From positions 1,664,001 to 1,728,000 of the forward strand of contig OZ244905.1 of assembly GCA_965221695.1 (NCBI GenBank): a DNA stretch of 64,000 nucleotides. The letters are read 5' to 3'. The notes beneath the pieces were generated by a model. It was not told the DNA's origin, did not search any database, and saw only the letters and a program-made list of their open reading frames with translations. A program made the position numbers and the translations under genes. This DNA comes from Gammaproteobacteria bacterium. GTDB taxonomy: Bacteria > Pseudomonadota > Gammaproteobacteria > Eutrophobiales > Eutrophobiaceae. This document shows, piece by piece, positions 1-9,700 of the stretch (positions are counted from its first letter, which is position 1; every line of letters starts with the position of its first letter).

Positions 1-255
1 GGACAGGATCAGCTCCAGGCCCTTATCGTCTCGTTCTCGCAAGACACTGCTTATGACAAACAAGCAGGTGATGCAAATCGAGAAAACCCGCAATAAAGAG
101 GCTATGACAGAAGCCTGAATCTGTCGGGTTTCCGTGATGCTCAATTCGCCCAGGAACTCCGCCAGGCCGAACAGTCCGAGCGCCACCATGACCATTAACA
201 TAAGCAGGCGGCAACGCAAGGCTTCAAGCAGGGTAAAATATGCAACTGTGAACAT
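1..255 (-). CDS. ABC-2-type permease-like membrane protein (5' part only; runs off the window)
   Basis: Not in the ORF track. Manual translation from ATG 255 gives MFTVAYFTLLEALRCRLLMLMVMVALGLFGLAEFLGELSITETRQIQASVIASLLRVFSICITCLFVISSVLRERDDKGLELILS, open to the window edge. It has two TM segments and the TxxEALR.R and RExxDKGLELILS patterns of pilus-associated ABC permeases. Confidence 0.7.
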   Translation of the reverse strand, partial: MFTVAYFTLLEALRCRLLMLMVMVALGLFGLAEFLGELSITETRQIQASVIASLLRVFSICITCLFVISSVLRERDDKGLELILS

Positions 256-268
256 AACTATATTAAAG

Positions 269-309
269 GGGCCAGAGTAAAAATCCTGACGGCTTTCTTA
301 CTCTGACCC
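269..309. repeat. REP-like imperfect inverted repeat
   Basis: GGGCCAGAGTAA (269-280) pairs with TTACTCTGACCC (298-309) at 11/12 positions; intergenic. Confidence 0.5.
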
Positions 310-354
310 GGATTGTCCCGTAGCTAACCATCGTCAATTTGTCTGCGCCCGCTC

Positions 355-1116
355 TTATGGCAACCGGCCCGCGCTGACCATCCTGTTGAACAGGAGCGGC
401 CGTGACAACCACACCAGCATGTCGTCAAATGTGGCGACACTGCCCGTTCCGGACACATCGCCCGCCTGGTACAACGGCTCGCCGTCCGGGCAGGAGGTCC
501 CCGCTCCCGCATCGTAACCGTCGGGGTTTCCGCAAACCCCTGCTTCAAAGCGATCATTTTCCCCGTCCGTTCTCAGGTTTGCGCCGGTGGAATAGACAAT
601 CGCCACCGGCGTCTCAGTCGGCGCAGTCAGCAACATGCCTTGCCCGTTCACCACGGTCAGGTTGTCGGCCTGGGCCGTGTTCAAGCTGATCAGCGCGGCC
701 GCATTGCTGAAATTGCGATCCACCCGGTACCGCCAGTAACCATTGAACTGATCGTCTGTCTCACTTCTAGACAAACCCCACGGATCCACCTCAGGCGTTC
801 CCAAGGTACGCCAGGGCAAGTACCCCTCTGCAGCCGGGTCGGTGTCGCAGGCGGCATCTTCAAGACCATAGCGGTCGCTGTTCGGATCAGTGGTTGTGGT
901 AGGACAAGGAAGATAACCGTTGATAATTGCGAATCCTGTCAGCGCTTGCTTGATCCGTTCCAGTTGCAACACCACCCTGGCCCGTTGTTTTGCTTCCAGT
1001 ACCGCACCAAGAGGGTTGAGCATCCCACCCAGGACCAGCGCAATGATCAGCAGCGCGATAGTAAGCTCAACCAACGAAAATCCTCTTTGTGTCCCTGGCA
1101 TATCTTTAGCTCGCAT
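355..1116 (-). CDS. Type IV pilin-like protein (prepilin N-terminal cleavage/methylation domain)
   Basis: QRG/FSLVELTIALLII class III signal with E5, followed by LPCP and GYLPWRTLG motifs. Confidence 0.9.
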   Translation of the reverse strand: MRAKDMPGTQRGFSLVELTIALLIIALVLGGMLNPLGAVLEAKQRARVVLQLERIKQALTGFAIINGYLPCPTTTTDPNSDRYGLEDAACDTDPAAEGYLPWRTLGTPEVDPWGLSRSETDDQFNGYWRYRVDRNFSNAAALISLNTAQADNLTVVNGQGMLLTAPTETPVAIVYSTGANLRTDGENDRFEAGVCGNPDGYDAGAGTSCPDGEPLYQAGDVSGTGSVATFDDMLVWLSRPLLFNRMVSAGRLP

Positions 1117-1198
1117 TTCTTACCTCGCATCACTTGGTGAGAAATATCGTCCTGCCCTTTTTCTGGTGAATATTGGCATGTTCAGAGCGATACCTGCT

Positions 1199-4021
1199 TC
1201 AGGGCGCGACCACCACAAGCTGGTCATTAAAAGTTGCCGTTATATCTGCGACGGTGAATACATCGTCATTCGCTGAGTTGGCATTTTCCTCTTCAAAATA
1301 ATCAGCGATGGAACCGCTGGAGCGATCCTGATGCGCGAGCGCCATCCCGGCGGAGACCACCAGCGCGGGCACAGGTTCGGCGCGGCCCTGTATGACCAGG
1401 CAGTCCGTTTCGTCCGCGCAATGCCCACTGCCGCCGCCGGAGAAAGCGTCGCCGTAGGCGACATACACCAGCCGCGGCCACTTGTTTTTAACAAACCAGG
1501 CCGGCAGTTCGCCCGGGCCTTCGGACAGGTAGTAATCGATGCCGGTCGTGCGAATGAAACCCGGCGCACCTCCCGGTGGAATGGTCAGGCTGGCGCGGGC
1601 GACCACGCGTGCGCCATCGAGGTCTTCAATGAGCGCCAGCGACACAGCGTCAGGGTCTGCGCCATAGTGGGCGTCGGGCGCGCGTGGCGGCAGACGCGCG
1701 CCGCTTGGGATGCCATTACAACCAGCCCCGTAGCCCAGGCATACATCGCGCACGCGGACGCCGCCACTGGAACGGGCTACCGGAATTCCCTGGTAAGCCA
1801 GGTTAAACCGGTAACGGCGCGTGTTGACGTAGCCAAAGTACAGGTTGTATTCGTCGCCGGCGCTGAATGCGTTATCGTCTCCGCCGCGTAAGCTTGTGCT
1901 GACGGTAGAGCCGTTAATTCCGGTAATCAGGCCGAAGGAACCGTCTGTGACGTTCTGCACCACATCGCCTGTGCCGGCGCCCGCCAGTTCGAAATCCTTG
2001 CCCGGATCGTTCAACTGCCCCCCGGCGGATGCGCCGGCTACACCGCTCAACAAGCGTGTGGCGATACGCAGGTGATAGCCCTCGCCCGGAACCGGTGAAC
2101 GGGATGTTGCCGCCACCTGGCCCAGGATCAATCTGGTGGAGTCCGCAACATCGCGGACAACCGCCAGGTAGGGTTCGTCAACCAGGTCCCCCGGTTTTAT
2201 CCCGGCGGCAATGAAATCCACGGCCGCGTCTTTCAAAACGGTTGCTGAAGAGCCAGTAGCGGCGCTCCCTGCGAGCAAGGGCGCTGTTTCACTGACGCCG
2301 ATACAATCGACCACCCGGACATTAAGCCATACACAATAACCGTTATCAGCGCTGACTATTACCGCGCCAGAAATGTCTGAGGACATCAGCGCGTGGGCCA
2401 CCGCCGCGGCATAAGCGGGATGGGCATCCGGCGCAAGCCCGGAAATTGCGCTGGGGTCGGCAATGTTTACCTGCCACTCCACGTTAAAACCGGTTGCAAA
2501 CACCTTGCCGGGTTCATGCAGCGCCAGTAATCCTTTCCTGACGTTATGGCCGGCGTTGTAACGGGGCAACCGGTAGACATCAGATTCACTGAAACTATTG
2601 TTGCGGCCGAAGCGCAGGCCGGCCACGGTCAGCCTGCTTGGACCGTCCATGTTGACGATACGGCCGATTGAACCATCAGTTAAGTTCTCCACCAGGTCCC
2701 CGCTGACTACCCCCCTGGCAACAAAATCGTTGCTGGGGTCGGCCAGGGTCAGGTTGGCGCTGCCCAGGCCCGCGGCGCCTGTATTACTGCGCAGGCGGTA
2801 AACTTCGCCAAAGTCCATATTATTCTCAATACCACCACTGAGCTTGTTCAGCGTTAATGACGTCCTGCCGACAGCCACGACCGCGCCGCTTGAACCGTCG
2901 CTCAGGTTTTCCACCACATCGCCGGGCGACACACCCAACTCCCTGAAATCCTGCCCAGTATCTTTCAGAACAAGTGCGGAACTGCCTGCGCCGACCGTAC
3001 CCGTGAGGCGCCCGGCAAGCCCGCGCAACTCGACATAATAAATGTCCCCCCGGTCAAAATCGTTTTCCTCCCCGTTTGCAAGATCACGAACCTCCAGTGT
3101 CTTGCGCCGCGCCGCCGATACCACGGCGATGGAACCGTCGGTCACGTTCCTGACCCGGTCCTGGACGCCGACTCTCCAATCGGTGAAATCCCTGCGCTGG
3201 TCCGTAAGCATCCCCGCATTATTGTTGCCGGTGTGGGCGCCTCGCAATGCCCGGTTGCCGGCATGGGGGTCGGCAAATTGAGCCAGCAGGGGGTAGCCGG
3301 CATGGTCAGCCTGGTAACGCGCCAGCGCGGCGCGCACTTCATTGAGCACGCGCCGTTCCACCACCCTCATTAATGCCGCACGCGTGATGGCGGCCACTTG
3401 ATCATTCCCGACCACGGCAGAAAACCTGCCGTTGGCAACACTGGCATTGTCCCCTTCCAGGTAATCGGCGGCATTATTACTCGGACGTCGGAACTGGCCG
3501 GCTTGCGGCGATCCCGGCGCGATAACAACTGCCACCACATCGTCCATATTATCGACATTCAATCGCCCTGGGGTTTCACTGTTGAGCAGCGCGTGGTTGG
3601 ATTGGGTATTCCTGAAATTCGGCGACACGGCATACCACAAACGTTCGCCACTGCTGTCGCGCGGATCATCCAGTCCCAGTATCGCGAACGGCAAACGACC
3701 CAGGGTTGTGCCGGTACTGTGCGCGCAATTGGTTTCCGGCCGGCCGTCGTTGTTCCGGTCCGGACAGGGCAAAAACCCCGGGCCTTTTTCCGGGTTGGCG
3801 CGCAGTTCAGGATAATTCATTGCATAGGACAATAGCGCCTGTTGTGCCCGGTTCAGCGCCAGACCGCTGTTTGTGCGCCGCTCATGGAGCTGCGTATGCC
3901 TGTTCAGTTCCGACAGCAACAGCCAGGAAGACCCCGCAATCAGCGCCAGCATCAAGGCCAACAGGGCTGCCCCCTGCGTCGAGTGCGGGCCGGGACCTGT
4001 GCAACGGAAAACAGAACTCAT
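1199..4021 (-). CDS. Large PilX/GspK-like minor pilin, putative adhesin, with five internal repeats
   Basis: QG/AALLALML prepilin signal without E5; LPCPD...GRLPF...LWYAVS module shared with the adjacent pilin; five ~75-aa repeats in the middle. Confidence 0.75.
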   Translation of the reverse strand: MSSVFRCTGPGPHSTQGAALLALMLALIAGSSWLLLSELNRHTQLHERRTNSGLALNRAQQALLSYAMNYPELRANPEKGPGFLPCPDRNNDGRPETNCAHSTGTTLGRLPFAILGLDDPRDSSGERLWYAVSPNFRNTQSNHALLNSETPGRLNVDNMDDVVAVVIAPGSPQAGQFRRPSNNAADYLEGDNASVANGRFSAVVGNDQVAAITRAALMRVVERRVLNEVRAALARYQADHAGYPLLAQFADPHAGNRALRGAHTGNNNAGMLTDQRRDFTDWRVGVQDRVRNVTDGSIAVVSAARRKTLEVRDLANGEENDFDRGDIYYVELRGLAGRLTGTVGAGSSALVLKDTGQDFRELGVSPGDVVENLSDGSSGAVVAVGRTSLTLNKLSGGIENNMDFGEVYRLRSNTGAAGLGSANLTLADPSNDFVARGVVSGDLVENLTDGSIGRIVNMDGPSRLTVAGLRFGRNNSFSESDVYRLPRYNAGHNVRKGLLALHEPGKVFATGFNVEWQVNIADPSAISGLAPDAHPAYAAAVAHALMSSDISGAVIVSADNGYCVWLNVRVVDCIGVSETAPLLAGSAATGSSATVLKDAAVDFIAAGIKPGDLVDEPYLAVVRDVADSTRLILGQVAATSRSPVPGEGYHLRIATRLLSGVAGASAGGQLNDPGKDFELAGAGTGDVVQNVTDGSFGLITGINGSTVSTSLRGGDDNAFSAGDEYNLYFGYVNTRRYRFNLAYQGIPVARSSGGVRVRDVCLGYGAGCNGIPSGARLPPRAPDAHYGADPDAVSLALIEDLDGARVVARASLTIPPGGAPGFIRTTGIDYYLSEGPGELPAWFVKNKWPRLVYVAYGDAFSGGGSGHCADETDCLVIQGRAEPVPALVVSAGMALAHQDRSSGSIADYFEEENANSANDDVFTVADITATFNDQLVVVAP

Positions 4022-4572
4022 GGAACGCGGTCCTCCAACTCAGTCACGAGACCGGACTCCGGATAATAGGACTGGCCCGGTTTGAGTTTCACCGACTTTC
4101 CGCGCACCGGCACGCGTACGGCTGTCTCGTGTTCCGCTTGCCCGCCGGCTTCCGGTTGCCGGTACTCCAGGCGCGTGCTCCCATCTTGCGCTTTGATCCA
4201 CGCCATACGCGCGCCGTCGTTCCTGTAAATCAGACCCTGAAGCGTGATCGCGTCTGACTTGCGCAGCGTTTGGGAGGCTCCCGTTCCGGGCTGTTGTACG
4301 GGCGGTCCACCAGGCGTTGCTCGGTTCTCCGTTGCCATTCCCTCGCGACCGTCCAGCGCCCGCTTGTGCGCCGCTTTCAACGCTTGCAACCGTTGCCGCT
4401 GCTCCGGCGTGGTGAACAATCTCCCGAATTGTTGTTCATCGGCTCCCATACATCCCTGAGACAGGATGAGCAAGGCCGCAATCATCCATTTTTCGCATTG
4501 CCAACAGCGCGAGTTCATGTGGTTGTCTCCTGCCCATCCCCCGGCCTGACGGTAAACCATTCCAGCAGACAT
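4018..4572 (-). CDS. Pilus assembly hypothetical protein (PilP/MshK-position; true start probably downstream)
   Basis: Signal-like segment, then GRLFTTPEQR and a C-terminal LKPGQS motif; lies within the operon and overlaps both neighbours. Confidence 0.65.
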   Translation of the reverse strand: MSAGMVYRQAGGWAGDNHMNSRCWQCEKWMIAALLILSQGCMGADEQQFGRLFTTPEQRQRLQALKAAHKRALDGREGMATENRATPGGPPVQQPGTGASQTLRKSDAITLQGLIYRNDGARMAWIKAQDGSTRLEYRQPEAGGQAEHETAVRVPVRGKSVKLKPGQSYYPESGLVTELEDRVP

Positions 4573-5135
4573 TCGGCAGTTACGTTTCCGGCAGCCGGGT
4601 TATCCGTAAGTTCCACAAAATTGCGCGCCAACTCACAGCTTGAAATGGTATAGATGCCTTGCGCGTGTTCATCCAGCAGGTCAAACAAGGCAAACAGGTC
4701 CTGCTCATGCAGGATTTGCATACTCAGGGCCATTTCACTGACAAAAACCTGGCGCCCGCCCGGTGGCATCAACGCGCCGGGCCGATAGGGTTTCTGCGCT
4801 TTTATCTCATAGGCCAGGGACGCCAACCCCAATGCATGCCCCGCATGCTGCAGTGTTTCCACCCAGTTCAACCTGTGCTCCTCGCCTGACAGCCCGATTT
4901 TATCCAGCTCCATGAAGCGCGGAAGATAATCCCGGATGATCTTCTCTTCCTGATCCACTGCCAGGTAGCGGTTGCGGATATCGTTCAACCGGGCTGTGTG
5001 ATGGTCGACTTGCTGTTCCATATGCTTCCCAAAGGCAACGCTGCCCGCCAACAGTGAGACGCCCAATATTGCCGCCCCGGCAAACAGGACCACGGCGCCG
5101 CGTATATACGACCAGTCAATGTACTTTATCCACAT
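4515..5135 (-). CDS. PilO/MshJ-like bitopic assembly protein
   Basis: N-terminal TM, coiled coil and ferredoxin-like C-terminal pattern; operon position. Confidence 0.6.
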   Translation of the reverse strand: MWIKYIDWSYIRGAVVLFAGAAILGVSLLAGSVAFGKHMEQQVDHHTARLNDIRNRYLAVDQEEKIIRDYLPRFMELDKIGLSGEEHRLNWVETLQHAGHALGLASLAYEIKAQKPYRPGALMPPGGRQVFVSEMALSMQILHEQDLFALFDLLDEHAQGIYTISSCELARNFVELTDNPAAGNVTAECLLEWFTVRPGDGQETTT

Positions 5136-5219
5136 TTCTCAAAGCGATGTGTGTGGTGAATCATGTTGAAATACTGACATTTAACGCATTGACAGCATTC
5201 ATGTTTGTGAAATTTCATG

Positions 5220-6824
5220 TCAGTTTTGTAAAACAACCTTCAGGGTAAAGTCCGCCCGCCGCTGCAAAGACTGTGTATTGCCTTGCAGGTGCGCGCCGGA
5301 ACTGAGTTCCAGCGGCAAGCTGCCAACAGCGACAGCATGCATCGCCTGCTGGCCGCGCAGGTCGTCAGCAAAGCGATTGATCGCATCCATAGCTTCCCGG
5401 TAATTTCCGTCAAATGGCTCTACGCGTCCTTTTAGCAAAGCTACCTGGTAACGCGAACGGTCGGCGCCGGGCACATTCAGCGCGTCCGGCAAGCCGGTAT
5501 CATCCTTGTCTGCGCCGTCAATCGCGTCCGGATCGTCTGTAGTTTTCCAGGCTATGCTGTTCAACTGAATGGATGGGAACCCGCGCAGGCTGCGACTGAT
5601 TGCGGCTACCATCCCGAGAGGTGATGTTTTTTGTTGCGCCAGACTATCCGCAATCATCACTACTGTCTTTAATTCAGACGCATCAACCGGCGTTTTCGGG
5701 AGGCGTTTCCTGGCCTGTTCGTAGTCTGCGGTGTATTTATGTGTTTGCTCCTCAGCCGCGCTGACCGCCGGATACAGCGCCAGACCGCGATAAATATTCA
5801 GCGCGCTCCATCCAGCGCTGCCCAGCAATATCGCGAATCCGGATGCAGCAACCCCTGCGCGCAGTCGGCCGAGGATAAACCAGCGTCTTTCCGCCATCCC
5901 AGCATAAACGTTGCCGGGCCTTAGCTTGAAGAATTGCCGGATAAAATACGCGTCGCTGAACGGCTCAAAAACGGGTTCGCGAGAGGCATTTTCATCCGCC
6001 GGCTGATGCGGGTCGCAGAAATGGTAGCAGACCGATTCCTGTTGTTTGAGGGCAGCTTTGAGTTGGTCTGACAGCGCGCCGGCAACCAGAAAATGGACAT
6101 GCAAGGTTTCCGCAGGCTGGTCGGGTCGCCGGCTTTCCAGATAACGCAGAACTTTTTCCACTTCAGCGCCGACCTGCTCTGCGTGTGAAATCCACACCAG
6201 TCGGCTGAACTGAAACTCACCATTGTCAAAACAGGTCTGGCGCAAGCCGCTGACGCTTTGCAGACTGACCAGCAACCGGCATCCGTCATTCCTGCCCGCT
6301 ATGTTTTTCAACAACTGCGCGGAAAAAAGAGGCAGTGAACAGATACTGGCCAGGGGCGACCGGGCCTCATCCAGTATGGCAACCCACTGCCTGACTGCGC
6401 CGGGATTGGCCAGCGCGCTGAGCAACACGCGCTCATCTCTTCGGCCTGTTTTTTCTCGGCCTGTAACCTTGAAATAATAATAGCCGGTGTCCTTGAAAAT
6501 ACGCGCGGCCTTGCGTCTCAGCAACGCCTGCCGGTCCCGCCGTGACAGGCGCGGCACAGTATCCAAGCGGTATTCTTCATCAACCAGGTCCACCAGCAGG
6601 TAGCATGGCATCTCAGGCTCTTCGGCAAGATAACGCCGAAATCCCTGCCGCCCATCTTCTCCCGCATCGAACACAGCGCGCTGCATCACAAGATCATCCT
6701 GCCACTGATAGACGACTGCCTGCCTGGCCCCTACCAACAGCGCCCTGCGCGCGCGGCGCTTATACGCCAAGTCCGGTAATGAGATCATAGATCGGTCCGA
6801 ATACGGATAACATGACCCAGCCAA
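5220..6824 (-). CDS. PilM/PilN (MshI/GspL)-like fused assembly protein (start probably ATG ~6788)
   Basis: Cytoplasmic N-domain, central TM (VAASGFAILLGSAGWSAL) and periplasmic coiled-coil domain; follows the platform gene. Confidence 0.65.
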   Translation of the reverse strand: MAGSCYPYSDRSMISLPDLAYKRRARRALLVGARQAVVYQWQDDLVMQRAVFDAGEDGRQGFRRYLAEEPEMPCYLLVDLVDEEYRLDTVPRLSRRDRQALLRRKAARIFKDTGYYYFKVTGREKTGRRDERVLLSALANPGAVRQWVAILDEARSPLASICSLPLFSAQLLKNIAGRNDGCRLLVSLQSVSGLRQTCFDNGEFQFSRLVWISHAEQVGAEVEKVLRYLESRRPDQPAETLHVHFLVAGALSDQLKAALKQQESVCYHFCDPHQPADENASREPVFEPFSDAYFIRQFFKLRPGNVYAGMAERRWFILGRLRAGVAASGFAILLGSAGWSALNIYRGLALYPAVSAAEEQTHKYTADYEQARKRLPKTPVDASELKTVVMIADSLAQQKTSPLGMVAAISRSLRGFPSIQLNSIAWKTTDDPDAIDGADKDDTGLPDALNVPGADRSRYQVALLKGRVEPFDGNYREAMDAINRFADDLRGQQAMHAVAVGSLPLELSSGAHLQGNTQSLQRRADFTLKVVLQN

Positions 6825-7965
6825 TGACGAGTCCCAACAATATGGTCATGGCCGGCTCCAACATGGATTGCAGCCTTGCTATGGTTTCACGCGCGTCGCG
6901 GGTGTAGAAATAAGCGACATGTTCCAAAGATAGCGCCAGCGCGCCGGTGTTTTCCCCGACCCTGATCATGCGCAGGATTAAAGGCGGAAACAGGCCGCTT
7001 GCGGCGAAGCTATCGCCGAGGCTCCTGCCGTCCGCCACGGCCCTGCCGGCGCTGTTCATTGCCCGGGCGATAGCAAGATTGCCGGCGCTGCGTTCACCGG
7101 CGCTGATGCAGTCAATCACCGTAATGCCCGACGCGTACATCATTGCAAACAAGCCTGAGACTCGGGCCAGGATCAGTTTTTCCAGCGCCGGGCCGACTAC
7201 CGGCATGGATAACTTCAAGCTGTCCAGGGCAAGCCTGAAGCCGGGACTGATTCGGCTGCCGGCAGCGACGAGAAGCGCGATCAGCGGGGGCGCACACAGG
7301 ATCGCGTAGAAGTAATCGGCAAATCCAGCCGACAGCGCGATCAGCAGCCTGGTATGGGCAGGTAGCTCCGATCCCGTCATCCGGACGAAGGCCAGCAATT
7401 CCGGCACCAGGTAAACCATCAGAAACACCACTACCGCGCCGATCAGTGCGCCGCTGATCGCGGGAAGCATGATCAGCTTCCCGACCATGGACGCCTGCTC
7501 ATCCTGCCACTTCAGGTCAGCGCCCAGCTTGTTGAGTATGATGTTGAGGTTGCCGGTCTGTTCCCCGGCTCGAACCAGGTTTACGAATACTTCACTGAAT
7601 ACACCTGGAAACCCGCGCATGGCCTCCGACAGCGCGCTGCCCCCCTCTATCGCTTCCAGCATGGCGGCGCACACCTCGCGTAACCGGGGGTTGTCTGCGC
7701 TGGTGCGCAAATCCCGCAGACTGTCGACCACAGGTACGCCCGCGCGCAAGGTCTGTTCCAGGTGGAAGCAAAACACGATCAGATCGCGCCGCTTAATCCG
7801 GCGAGCCGCGCTCGGCAAGCCATGTAGCAGGGCGGTCTTATAACTGATCAATTCCAGCCCCATCCCGCGCAACCGTCTTTCCAGGTCGGCGCCGTTGGCC
7901 GCGCTGGTTTTCCCTCTTCGTATACGACCCCGGGCATCGATCCCTTTGTAGCGGTAAACAGTCAT
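6760..7965 (-). CDS. Type II secretion F / PilC / MshG family platform protein
   Basis: Two T2SSF repeats (LVRAGEQTGNL; MIRVGENTGAL) and a C-terminal LEP...IYDL. Confidence 0.95.
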   Translation of the reverse strand: MTVYRYKGIDARGRIRRGKTSAANGADLERRLRGMGLELISYKTALLHGLPSAARRIKRRDLIVFCFHLEQTLRAGVPVVDSLRDLRTSADNPRLREVCAAMLEAIEGGSALSEAMRGFPGVFSEVFVNLVRAGEQTGNLNIILNKLGADLKWQDEQASMVGKLIMLPAISGALIGAVVVFLMVYLVPELLAFVRMTGSELPAHTRLLIALSAGFADYFYAILCAPPLIALLVAAGSRISPGFRLALDSLKLSMPVVGPALEKLILARVSGLFAMMYASGITVIDCISAGERSAGNLAIARAMNSAGRAVADGRSLGDSFAASGLFPPLILRMIRVGENTGALALSLEHVAYFYTRDARETIARLQSMLEPAMTILLGLVIGWVMLSVFGPIYDLITGLGV

Positions 7966-9698
7966 GGATAGCCCCGTAACAAACCGCTGCCTAGGTCTAC
8001 CACGCGAGTCACCTCGGCAAGGCTGGTCTTGCCTTCGATGACACTGCGTTTGCCGGCTTCGGCCAACGGCCTGAAGCCCTTGGCAATAGCCATATCATGG
8101 AGTTCCCGGGATGTCCCGCGGCGGGCGATCAATTCGTCCAGGTCCGGGTCAAACGGCAAGATCTCCATCAACGCCATACGGCCTCGGTAGCCCTGGCCGC
8201 CGCAGGCATCGCACCCGACCGGACGGTAGATAATGAGTTGTTCATCCGTGTCGCGGATGCGGTTGACGGACCCTGGACTGTTCATCTCGACCGGTTCCTT
8301 GCACTCGCCGCACAGCTTGCGCACCAGTCGTTGCGCGATAGCACCAATGACATTGCCAGCCAGTATCTCGGGCTTCACACCTGTATCCAGCAGGCGCGGA
8401 ATGGCCCCGATCGCAGAATTGGAATGCAAGGTGGAGAATACTCGATGGCCGGTCATCGCTGCGCGCACGGCCATCGCGGCAGTGTCTTCGTCCCGGATCT
8501 CCCCCACCAGGATAATATCCGGGTCCTGGCGCAATATTGAGCGGATGCCATCGGCAAAGCCAAACCTGGACCCGCTACTGGCCGATGTCTGCCTGATCAT
8601 GGAAGAAGGATATTCGACCGGGTCTTCCAGGGTCATGATATTGACCGATTCGCTGTTCAGGTACTGGAGTATCGAATACAACGTAGTGGTCTTGCCGCTG
8701 CCGGTGGGACCGGTCACCAGGATCAGCCCTTCCGGGCGCGCCACCATGCGTTTCAACGCGGCCAGGTCGGTCTGTTGCAGGCCCAGTTGATCCAGGGCAA
8801 CGATTCCTTTTTGCCGATCCAGAACCCGTAGGACTATGTTCTCACCGTGCAGCGTGGGCAAAGTGGATACGCGAAAATCAACCTGCCGCCCCGACATCGT
8901 AAGCGAGATGCGGCCATCCTGCGGCAAGCGGGATTCTGCTATATCCAACCCCGCCATCACCTTCACACGCACGGCAAGCGCCGACCAATAGTTTTTATGT
9001 AGGCTGCGCACCTGCCGCAACACGCCGTCGATGCGATAACGAAAGCGCAGGAAACCCTGCTCCGGTTCAAAATGGATATCCGAGGCGCCGCGTTTCACCG
9101 CGTCAGACAGCAACGCATTAACCAGCCGGACCACCGGTTGGCTGTATTCATCACTTTGTGCCGCCAGGCTCTGGTAGTCGATTTCACCCGTTTCTATTTC
9201 ATTCAGGATGCCATCCACGGACAGCTCATAACCGTAGAAGCGGTCAATCGATTTTTCGATATCCGTTTCCGCGGCAAGCGCCGGCACGACCTCCGCGGCG
9301 CCGCCCAGGTGCGCGCTGATCCGATCCAGGGCAACAATATCAAAGATATCCGTCAGCGCCACTTTCAGCGCCTTGCGCAACGGGTCATAGCTCACCGGCA
9401 CGACACGCAGGCGCCTGGCCATTTCCTCCGGGATCATCGCGATGGCTTCGCTATCGGCCACGATAGAATGCAGGTCGACCCGCTGCTGTCCGAATACGCC
9501 ACCGATGACATCGTGGACAATTGCTTCGGTTACGAAGCCCAGCCGCACCAGGATCCTGCCGGGCTGTTCGCGGCTGTTCTTCTGTTCGACCAGCGCGATT
9601 TCAAGCTGGTCGGGGGTAATAACCCCCTTGTCAACGAGTAGTTCACAAAGGGCCTGCCCGGAGTTGGCGTTGAGTTGCGGGCGCGCGGGGTCAGCCAT
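7962..9698 (-). CDS. GspE/PilB/MshE family assembly ATPase
   Basis: Walker A GPTGSGKTTT, TLEDPVEY, LRQDPDIILVGEIRD, His box, two CxxC Zn motifs, MshEN-like N-terminus. Confidence 0.95.
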   Translation of the reverse strand: MADPARPQLNANSGQALCELLVDKGVITPDQLEIALVEQKNSREQPGRILVRLGFVTEAIVHDVIGGVFGQQRVDLHSIVADSEAIAMIPEEMARRLRVVPVSYDPLRKALKVALTDIFDIVALDRISAHLGGAAEVVPALAAETDIEKSIDRFYGYELSVDGILNEIETGEIDYQSLAAQSDEYSQPVVRLVNALLSDAVKRGASDIHFEPEQGFLRFRYRIDGVLRQVRSLHKNYWSALAVRVKVMAGLDIAESRLPQDGRISLTMSGRQVDFRVSTLPTLHGENIVLRVLDRQKGIVALDQLGLQQTDLAALKRMVARPEGLILVTGPTGSGKTTTLYSILQYLNSESVNIMTLEDPVEYPSSMIRQTSASSGSRFGFADGIRSILRQDPDIILVGEIRDEDTAAMAVRAAMTGHRVFSTLHSNSAIGAIPRLLDTGVKPEILAGNVIGAIAQRLVRKLCGECKEPVEMNSPGSVNRIRDTDEQLIIYRPVGCDACGGQGYRGRMALMEILPFDPDLDELIARRGTSRELHDMAIAKGFRPLAEAGKRSVIEGKTSLAEVTRVVDLGSGLLRGYP

Positions 9699-9700
9699 GG

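Noticed and set aside
23-214. 63-aa ORF in the track
   Set aside because: Wrong frame; the credible gene is the membrane protein from ATG 255 that runs off the window.
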